Assembly (NCBI RefSeq): GCF_000981445.1
Contig: NC_027218.1
Location: 2,170,001 to 2,234,000 of the forward strand
Direction of reading: 5' to 3'
DNA length: 64,000 bases
From: Babesia bigemina
Lineage: Eukaryota
Positions within the stretch are counted from its first letter, which is position 1. The number at the start of each line of letters is the position of its first letter. The notes below the pieces were generated by a model that saw only the letters and a program-made list of their open reading frames with translations, ran no database searches and had not been told where the DNA came from. Shown piece by piece: positions 55,910 to 64,000 of this stretch. Both the position numbers and the translations under genes were made by a program.

Positions 55910-58900
55910 ATGGAAGACGGAGCTACGGGCGGTTTCGGCCCAGAGCCGTATGAATATTCCCCCAATGATGCGATGCCGGATTCAGCGTACTACGACAAAG
56001 CGGGATTCTTCAACCGTTTATTCTTCTATTGGGTGCGCTACTGGGTTAACAATGTGCGGAATGACTCGTTTGACAGCGAAAGGCTGCATCCATTGCTAAA
56101 CGGGGATCAAATCGGCGCGTGGCAATCGCTGTTTGCAAAGAACATAAGTGATGGGATTTTGCGGGCCGAACAGAAGCGCCATGATGCAGTACTCGCCAAT
56201 GGAGAATGCGACAAAAACAAATTGTACCGAAATATAATCCTCCGAGCCCTCCTTTTGACGTTTGGTCGCCGTGTCGCACTCTTGCTGCTTGCAACTGTGA
56301 TCCTAAACGTCGGTGGAGTTGGCATCTCTATGCTGCTGAAGGTGATGCTTGACAAAATGTCGTCTACGAGTGGTGCATACGGAATGATAATTCGTTATGC
56401 CTTCTACATTGCCATTATAGAGTTGGCGTCGTCCTTGTTTGAGCAGCATGTCATCTTCTACAATTGTCGTCTGGAGACTATTATGGAGTCTGCGATCTCA
56501 ATCACTCTATTTCAGCACGGTATGTGCCACCGTCGTGCGTACGCGGTGACTACAGATGGCCAATCGCAGTTGTCTGCATGCAGGGGAGTTGTTCACTCTT
56601 GGCCGTGCAAGAATGATGAATGTGCGTCAAACCCACTGTTCTGTCCGGCGAGGAGGTACCAAAATAAGGAGATGGCGCCTAGCATGTGCACATATGTATT
56701 TTTGGATACCTATGCATTGATGTCACCTCTTGAGGCGTTGGTCATCGGAGTGCGATTTTTGACGACGCTGATAACAGCGTTAATTATCATCCGCACTCAA
56801 ATAAGCACCGACGTGGCAAAAACCATTATCATTTTGGTGTCCATGATCCTTTTGACGGGCGTGATCGAGGTAGTCAATGGGCACGTGTACCTGCACTCGA
56901 TGCAGTCCAAGGACTACCGCTACTCGAAAACGTACGACGTGCTTGGAAACATCAACTTGGTACAGACTATGGGCCTAGACGATATCGGTTACAAAATCAT
57001 AGAAGACTCGCGGAACGATGAGGTGTCGGTGCTGTTTACACGTTTGACTCTGACTGCATTCAACAGAAGTACGATGATGACCATAGGTTGTATTGTATTC
57101 TTGGTGATACTGCTGGACTACATCGAGACCCTCGAAACATCTCTGGGAAATCAGCCATTTGAAGCCGGTATTCCCATAACGCTCATGTTTATTGTGGGCA
57201 AGATTACCAAGGCAACCGAAAATTTGCCCAAGACCGTGAAGGTCGTTGCAGAGGCTTGGGCGTCAATAATACGTGTTGAGAAGTTTTTGACCACCTGTTC
57301 ACCAAACTATTATTTGACTTGTAAAAACAAACCGCAACCTATGGACTACGCCATGACATCCGTAGCGTCGCAGGATGGTACTAGCCTGGAGCAAGATGTG
57401 GTCGTTAAATATGAAGGTGCCAGCTTCGCATGGTTCCATACGATCGAAGACAGTATGGAAGAGGTGCCAATAAAACCTCCCATATTGAATGACCTAAACT
57501 TCGAGCTGAAGCGTGGCGATGTGAAGATCATCACCGGCAACCAGGGCTGCGGCAAGACGAGCTTCATTAAGTCGATTCTTGGTGATATGAGTCTGGTATC
57601 GGGTAGCATGGCGGTGGCACCGCTTTCCGCCGGTATGCCCATTTTCTACACATCGCAGGAGGTGTGGCTGCCGAGCGGTAGCATCCGTTCGATCATCACG
57701 TTCGGGTACGCGTTCGACGAGGACATCTACCGGCAGGTGACGTGTGCGGTTGAGCTGGAGTCTGACTTTGCTTCTTGGGAGGACGGGGACATGCGTGTGA
57801 TCTCCGAGAAGGGCTACTCGCTGAGTGGCGGCCAGCGCGTGAGGCTGAGTCTGGCGCGTGCTCTCTACGCGTATCTGATCTTCAGCAAGGCCAACGAACG
57901 CTTGGTCGGCGACCGGTGCTGCTTCTTGGTCTGTCTGGACGAGCCTTTCAACGGGTTGGATACAAAGGTTGCGTCTTCCATCGCGAGGAATCTGCTGAAT
58001 ACGGTTGATGGTCTCTTGATTCGTGACGATGTGGCGGTTGTATTGGCCATATCAAAAATGTCTATGGATATATGTTTTAACAACTCGAATTTGGACGACT
58101 TGGTGAAGATTCCTGTGTATCGTCTCGGCTCCAAAGGTTTGAGGATGTGGGACAGCGTAGGTTCACAGGATTTGCGCGAAATCAGCGCTCCATCCATGGG
58201 TGATGTAGCGAATTCGGACCCAGGGAGTCTGCGCACGTACAGATCTCTCACGTCCATGCCGCCAGCAGTTATGCGCACCAACGTATACAGCGCATCCGCT
58301 TCCAGCTTTTCTAATCCCAGTTTCCAGTCGCAATCTCCCACGGCGTCTAAGGAAGATATAGAGAAGGAGAAGGAACTAAACAGTGGGTCCACATACAAGG
58401 CATATCGGGTTTATTTCTATTGCACCGGGTATGTTACGTGCGTCCTTATCTTGCTTATGGTTGTATCTGGTATTGCGCTTGAGAAGGCAAACTCGATATT
58501 CGTCGCGTCGTGGTCGGATTCGATCAAAAATTCGTCAGATGCGGGAATAATGACCATTGATGAGGGCCGCGAGTTGTTGAAGAAACATGAGCACACTGTG
58601 AACTTGATCAAGGGGTTTTCAGTGTCATACGTGGTTTTAATATATTGTGGCACTATTTTGACTGCTATAGCCAGCATGCGATGTGCCAAAAAGCTTCACC
58701 AGTATGCGGTAAATTCATTGTTTTTCAAGGGCACTGATGAGCTGTCTTTGAAGAAATCTTTCGGCGACATAATCACGCTGCTGTCGACCGACTTGTTTTA
58801 CATTGATGAGATTTTGGGTAGAACGTGTTTGCTGTCGGTGATATCGTTCATGAGGTTGGCGATCCAATTCGTCACGATGTGCGCTGCGGCACCTATAATA

Positions 58901-60511
58901 ATTCCGCTACCTATAATTATGGTGGTGTACCTCTGCACGCAGGTTGTGGGAGCGCACATAACATCATCGAACCGTTTGCAGTGCTTCATGTTTAAAGCAA
59001 TTGCAAGAATCAACGCAACATTCACTGACGTTATTGGGGGTGCGGCTATTTATCGAGGATTCAGAATGGAGTTCCAATGTTTAGAGTATTTGTATGAGAG
59101 TTCCGAGTACTACTTCCGAACGCGGTTCTTAAAGAAAGTGTTTCCGGCGTGGCTTATTATCGTTTCAAAGATGTTAACGTCGTGCATTATTTTTGTGGCC
59201 ACGTTGTTAATTTTAGCGTATGCGCATTATACTGGGAAATCCGTCCAGATTGCAACATTGGGTCTCATCATTACTCTTGCAATGGAAGTCAATTCTTTGA
59301 TCACGTCATTCGTATATAACCACAGCCTCACTGAGCGCATGATGTGTTCGGTTTCTCGTTTTGAAAAACATCTCCTGCAAGGAAAAAGTTCGTTGAACGA
59401 GAAGTTTGAAAGCATGAACGAGACCGTTTTGCGTAAGGTCGGTGATGAGGATGAATGGAACAAGGAGAGTTACGCCGCTCTGTTAAAACGTCGTAAGAGT
59501 GAGTTCCGCAACTTCGTGTTCCGTCGTTACCGTTCTGTGCTGAGCACGCTGTTTTACAAACCCCGGGTAGAGTTTTTGGACTGTGGAGAGTATTTGTGTG
59601 GGGAGCATGTTTCGCTAGAATTGGAAAACGTTTCAGTTCCACAGCAGGTATCAGCGACGGGTGAGAACCGTCGTTACATTTTGAAACGTATAACTGCAAG
59701 TGCCAGTGCTGGTGATGTTGTTGGTATCGTGGGCCGTACTGGCGCTGGCAAGAGTACGCTGTTGAGTGTGCTGCAGAATATAGCACCCGGGAGGGAGGGC
59801 TCCGTGTTGCTTGACGGCCGGGAGTTGAACAGCATCCCTCGTAAGGTGCTGCGGCACATCATCGGCGTGTTGCCCCAGATGCCTTTTGTGTTCAAGGGGT
59901 GGACCCTGCGTCGTTTCCTGGACCCGCGTATGTTGCACTCCGACAACGAGATCATGCGTGCCATTGAGTGCTGCGGCCTGCTCGATATGGTCAGATCTCT
60001 GCCGGAGATCGACCCGCTGGACGCCGTCATGGTGGATCAAAATGTAGACCCAGGTCGAGGCTTCTATCTCGTGATTCCGATAATCAAGCTAAAGAGCCCA
60101 AGTGAGCAATTACCCGTCTTGAGAAGAAAATCATTTGAGTCGTCGAAAAGTGACGAAAATTCCAGTGAAGTTTTCTCCGATTCACAGTTGCGCATGCTAT
60201 CCTTTGCTCGACTCCTCCTCTACCGTCGAACGTACCGACTGCTGTTGATAGACGAACCGCCGTCGGACAACTGCGCCTCCGGGGAGGACGATGCGGCCAT
60301 TGTCCATGCCGTATCCACCATTGACAGCAGCATTCGTGTTTACGACCTTGTGCGTATGTATTTCAAACATTGTACGACGTTCATTGTGGCGCATGACAAG
60401 AATGCGCTGAAATCGTGTCAACATCTTTGGTACATCGACAACGGCGCAATAGTCCGCAAGGTGTCTGGTGCCAACAGTGTAGCTGAGTTTCTGAACTCGA
60501 CAACCAACTAA
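55910..60511 (+). CDS. ABC transporter, ABCC/MRP-like
   Basis: Same architecture and motifs. First ATG at 55910. Confidence 0.93.
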   Translation: MEDGATGGFGPEPYEYSPNDAMPDSAYYDKAGFFNRLFFYWVRYWVNNVRNDSFDSERLHPLLNGDQIGAWQSLFAKNISDGILRAEQKRHDAVLANGECDKNKLYRNIILRALLLTFGRRVALLLLATVILNVGGVGISMLLKVMLDKMSSTSGAYGMIIRYAFYIAIIELASSLFEQHVIFYNCRLETIMESAISITLFQHGMCHRRAYAVTTDGQSQLSACRGVVHSWPCKNDECASNPLFCPARRYQNKEMAPSMCTYVFLDTYALMSPLEALVIGVRFLTTLITALIIIRTQISTDVAKTIIILVSMILLTGVIEVVNGHVYLHSMQSKDYRYSKTYDVLGNINLVQTMGLDDIGYKIIEDSRNDEVSVLFTRLTLTAFNRSTMMTIGCIVFLVILLDYIETLETSLGNQPFEAGIPITLMFIVGKITKATENLPKTVKVVAEAWASIIRVEKFLTTCSPNYYLTCKNKPQPMDYAMTSVASQDGTSLEQDVVVKYEGASFAWFHTIEDSMEEVPIKPPILNDLNFELKRGDVKIITGNQGCGKTSFIKSILGDMSLVSGSMAVAPLSAGMPIFYTSQEVWLPSGSIRSIITFGYAFDEDIYRQVTCAVELESDFASWEDGDMRVISEKGYSLSGGQRVRLSLARALYAYLIFSKANERLVGDRCCFLVCLDEPFNGLDTKVASSIARNLLNTVDGLLIRDDVAVVLAISKMSMDICFNNSNLDDLVKIPVYRLGSKGLRMWDSVGSQDLREISAPSMGDVANSDPGSLRTYRSLTSMPPAVMRTNVYSASASSFSNPSFQSQSPTASKEDIEKEKELNSGSTYKAYRVYFYCTGYVTCVLILLMVVSGIALEKANSIFVASWSDSIKNSSDAGIMTIDEGRELLKKHEHTVNLIKGFSVSYVVLIYCGTILTAIASMRCAKKLHQYAVNSLFFKGTDELSLKKSFGDIITLLSTDLFYIDEILGRTCLLSVISFMRLAIQFVTMCAAAPIIIPLPIIMVVYLCTQVVGAHITSSNRLQCFMFKAIARINATFTDVIGGAAIYRGFRMEFQCLEYLYESSEYYFRTRFLKKVFPAWLIIVSKMLTSCIIFVATLLILAYAHYTGKSVQIATLGLIITLAMEVNSLITSFVYNHSLTERMMCSVSRFEKHLLQGKSSLNEKFESMNETVLRKVGDEDEWNKESYAALLKRRKSEFRNFVFRRYRSVLSTLFYKPRVEFLDCGEYLCGEHVSLELENVSVPQQVSATGENRRYILKRITASASAGDVVGIVGRTGAGKSTLLSVLQNIAPGREGSVLLDGRELNSIPRKVLRHIIGVLPQMPFVFKGWTLRRFLDPRMLHSDNEIMRAIECCGLLDMVRSLPEIDPLDAVMVDQNVDPGRGFYLVIPIIKLKSPSEQLPVLRRKSFESSKSDENSSEVFSDSQLRMLSFARLLLYRRTYRLLLIDEPPSDNCASGEDDAAIVHAVSTIDSSIRVYDLVRMYFKHCTTFIVAHDKNALKSCQHLWYIDNGAIVRKVSGANSVAEFLNSTTN

Positions 60512-60821
60512 CCACCTCATAAATATGTCCTACATAAGTGGTTTACCCAGCTGCATATGCACACTTGATTAAGTCCTGTCTGGGTTCAAGTGCCGCTAAT
60601 TCCGCAGCGGCCGCCAAAAAGGAATGCCACCCGGCCTTACCGTGGCAGCTTAAAGTGATCCATATGTTTCAATGCCGGCTCACACATACGGGAAATGTAC
60701 TTCTCCACCATATGTTTAAATTGTATGTTTAGTTCCGCTTACGCGGTGGTGCTGCTGTTTGCGAATTGCTGCGATGTGAAGCTGGCTATCTGCTTTTTCG
60801 GATGTAGGTCAACTGACGACT

Positions 60822-61187
60822 TCAGAGGTCACTGATGTTTCGTGGCTTACGCCTAGGTTCGTTCAGTGCGTACTTCGACTCATCTACCAGCGCCTTGAAG
60901 GTCACCGGCTCGTTGAGTGAGAGGATGAAGAGTGACTTCCTGTTGAGCCAGCAATTGAGGCTGCCCAGCGCTCCTACGAATCTCGAGTAGTTTAGGTTCC
61001 ACTCCCTGGCTGCACGGTTGACGGTTGCTGTCCAATGTATGCGGATGTAGGTGTGTCGCTTCCTGCGTGCGTTGAAGGAATAGAGTAGCGCCCTCGCCGC
61101 TCGCGTCGATGCGAGCTTAATGCACCCCTTGCTGCGCCCCCTGAAGCCTCTAGCTACCTCGAACACAACTTGTCGAGGTATTTTCAT
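60822..61187 (-). CDS. rpl20: Organellar (probably mitochondrial) ribosomal protein bL20
   Basis: ARGFRGR…A…RKR…W…N.A.RE…YSRF…LNRK.L…EP..FKALV, characteristic of bL20. Confidence 0.88.
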   Translation of the reverse strand: MKIPRQVVFEVARGFRGRSKGCIKLASTRAARALLYSFNARRKRHTYIRIHWTATVNRAAREWNLNYSRFVGALGSLNCWLNRKSLFILSLNEPVTFKALVDESKYALNEPRRKPRNISDL

Positions 61188-61586
61188 GTCTACAGCGCCG
61201 TAACACCCCTTTGTGTGTTGTCGTTTTCGGCAGCCGTAGAGTCATGCCAGTTCCGGGGATATAATTTCGACTTCGCCCGATTTTCACAACATTTGGATTA
61301 GTGATATCTTGTATTGCCGACTCTGCCGTACATGGCCCCGGCAACGTGACGTTGGAGGCACGCCGCCGCCCCTGGTGGTGTCCCTTACCAGTGGCCGCAC
61401 ATCGCAGATTTTTTGTGTCTACTGGCGCCTTAAGTTTTTTGCGTATCGCTAGCCGCCCTTTGACTGATGCTACGCATCTCGTGCGGGTGTTGAGTTGCGT
61501 TTTGAGCAGCCAGTTTGTTTTCTTTCCCTTACACATTTTCTTTCACTTTGGCTGAGATGGTAAGACAGCGCATTTCCCAACTTTTC

Positions 61587-63209
61587 ATGAATGCCTCGAA
61601 GGCGGAGGAAACCAAGAAGGAGACGGTAGCGCTCATGGAGGCGCTGATCAACGGCGGCATCAAGGTAAAGTCCGCTGCTGAGGTACGTATCTTACACAAC
61701 TGACGCCCACAATATCCGCTGCCGTGTTTGAGCCACTACGGGCTTCGTCCTGGCTGAATGTATACCCATGCGCCTGGCTGCTCCATCTAGAGCGATGCTT
61801 TCTATCTAAGCTATAACTTTCAGGTCGGGAAGAGGGCCGTTGAGTACACTCGTGGAGATGAGATATCGAACTGGATTTTGAACAACAAGCAGACCGTCGC
61901 AAAGCTGGTTAGTGGCACAAGTGCACGTGCTATAACTTCCAGTGCCCGACGCTTTTGGCCAATGCGGACATATCTCCGGAGAGCGACGACATAGTCCGCG
62001 TCTGCGATTACCTGATCGCTGCCGGTTTTATCTACCGCGCGCAGTACCAGCCGGTAAGCACCGTCGCATGCTGAGTCAGGCGTCATCGTTGCACAGATTG
62101 AGGGCACGATCGAGAAGACCGCGTCCGGGACGTGTAGGCGGTTGTTCACCTGTGGTCATCACGCTTTCAGTCCGTCGCCCCATGTGGCCTAAGCGCCTGA
62201 TAAAGACGCAAAAGCAGCGTTTCGACAAGGTCGGATTCTACATAATTTCGTACGAGGGCAACCAGCGGTGGAACTACGTGATGCTGACTGCGATGATACT
62301 GGGAATTTTCGTAAGTCGCCGTGGCCCTGGTCTAATGGTTCTCAGGCCGTCTGCATGTTCCAGACCTGGCCGCTGGCGCTGAAGCTGGGAATGTGGTACA
62401 TTTCCGTCGTGCTGCTTACGATTCTGGTGTGTCGTACCATCCTCGGAACATATACTGCAGATCTCTCTGCTCATGATCCGTCTGGTGCTTTTCGTGTCCC
62501 TCTGGTTCTGCGGCTTTGACTTTTGGATTTTCCCCAACCTGTTGGACGAGGAGCTCGGCGTGTTCGACTCTTTCAAGCCTCTGTACAACCTCACCCGGCG
62601 TACAGACACCGTCTACATGCTATGCTGCCGCGTGCTGTGCGCCATTATGGTGGCTGGTGAGTATTCCGCGCCTCCGCTCGCTTTCACACCGCGCAGCCTC
62701 CATCCACGAGCTGGGCAAGACCCACGACCTGAAGGACGTCGGCAACTTCGCTCGCCAGTCGTTCTTGGAGGCCATCGAATGGGGACGTAACAAGCTCACC
62801 GCCGGTAGGCTGATGGAATACAGAGAGACATGTACACGCAGTTCCCGAGGAAACCCCGTTGTACAAGTCCATCGGCGTGGACATGTCGACGGAATTCGAC
62901 GCAGAGGGCCAGAACGAGGAGTCGGGCGAGGAAGGCCTCGATGACGACGGTTCGTTTTTTTGGTCTAGGGGCTAACTTTTGCAGACTACAAGTGCCTTTT
63001 GGCGTGCGGCTACCGTTCGCTAGGCCAGCTGTTGAAGGAATGTATGCTGAGCTGCAATTGTATGGAGGTGGGTGTGTGCAATTTGTGATTCACTTGTGTT
63101 TCAGGAACTGCTGGCCAACCCGTGTTTATCCGGCTGCCCTGAGGATACCATTCGAGTTTTAACGGAGTCCAAGACCGACATTTGCCGCAAGACGCGCGGC
63201 CGCGGATAG
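61587..63209 (+). CDS. SEC62: Translocation protein Sec62, multi-exon; ends approximate
   Basis: Exon translations include VEYTRG, two TM segments (…AVCMFQTWPLALKLGMWYISV…) and FWIFPNLLDEELGVFDSFKPLY, matching the Sec62 W-PNL…SF.PLY motif. Short GT-AG introns. Confidence 0.8.
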
Positions 63210-63456
63210 TGTCGTTCGCAGGCGCGCGTTTGTATGCGCGTGGTGTGTGAACGGCTCGAGCGTCTGGAGTGCTCAGTGATTCTACAACATTTGCGCCAGT
63301 CTTAGGTGTTTATAGGAGTCTCCAGGTGTCAGCAGTGATTCAGCGCGTGCCACGAAACTATTCGTATTGCAGTGCTCATCTCCATTTCGGCGCCGTATTC
63401 TCGCAGTATTCTGCCGTAGATTTTGCATTCCCACGGTTGATTCTGAAGTATTTACA

Positions 63457-64000
63457 ATGGTGAACATTACCGTAAATAATCAATTTGGCGACTGCCAGCC
63501 AGCGACGCTGTCTCTGACGAACATCTCCGATGACATCACGCTGTCTAGCATCTGCATCCTTATCGACAACCAGTTCAAGTGCCTGAAAAACGAGTACACC
63601 GACGAGCGTGACCCGTGCGAGAAGTTCGTCCTTTACTCCGGTAACAAGGCGCTGGACAACCAGTGCCAGTTGCGCGAGTACAACCCTGTGGGTCTTCCGG
63701 AGATAACGTTCTACCTGTACGAGCGCAGCTACCTGACGGTCACCGTGAGGGTTGTGAAGCGTAGGTTTGGTGCTGTGCGGCCTCATTTGCGTCCAGACGT
63801 GGAGTGCTGCGGCCTGTTCTGCAGCCCCCTGCTCAGCAACATCTTCGCGCAAAAGTACTCGTTCAAGCTTCTAGACCAGGAGACCGTGCTCGAGCTGAAG
63901 CACAACGTGCTCCAGAAGTTGGGCTCGTACGTGAACAACCGCGGGTTGGTGTTTTATGCAGCGTGACAATATGTTTGCAGTGACTGCCTCACCCTGGAGG
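63457..64000 (+). CDS. Partial intron-containing gene with possible ubiquitin-like domain(s); runs off the window
   Basis: ATG at 63457. LYSGNKALD…L.EY and TVLELK..V patterns resemble ubiquitin-like folds. Codon usage looks coding. Confidence 0.45.

Overview
Eukaryotic, piroplasm-like DNA, most consistent with a Babesia species (ves/VESA-type genes, ~35-nt GT-AG introns, apicomplexan-type housekeeping genes; species not determinable). Bases 1-41000 are a variant-antigen region. It holds a head-to-head pair of ves-like genes sharing a quasi-palindromic intergenic region, further frameshifted or truncated ves-like copies, a recurrent family of small Cys-rich C-terminally anchored proteins downstream of the ves-like genes, and a pair of ~70-aa single-TM microproteins. 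Bases 41900-64000 are housekeeping: two 5S rRNA genes, three ABCC/MRP-type transporters, SF3A1/Prp21, organellar bL20, Sec62 and a partial gene with a possible ubiquitin-like domain. The main finding is an intact, apparently full-length 4.3-kb non-LTR retrotransposon (single ORF: RT, CCHC knuckle, restriction-like endonuclease; R4/Dong-like) at 10753-15069. It sits inside the giant ves-like gene with a 7-bp target-site duplication (TGGACAG), and removing it restores one ~3481-codon reading frame. A second, diverged, 5'-truncated copy of its 3' end lies at about 7741-7919 in the ves intergenic region. Together these suggest a resident retroelement family that has inserted more than once at an antigenic-variation locus, in a lineage generally regarded as nearly transposon-free.
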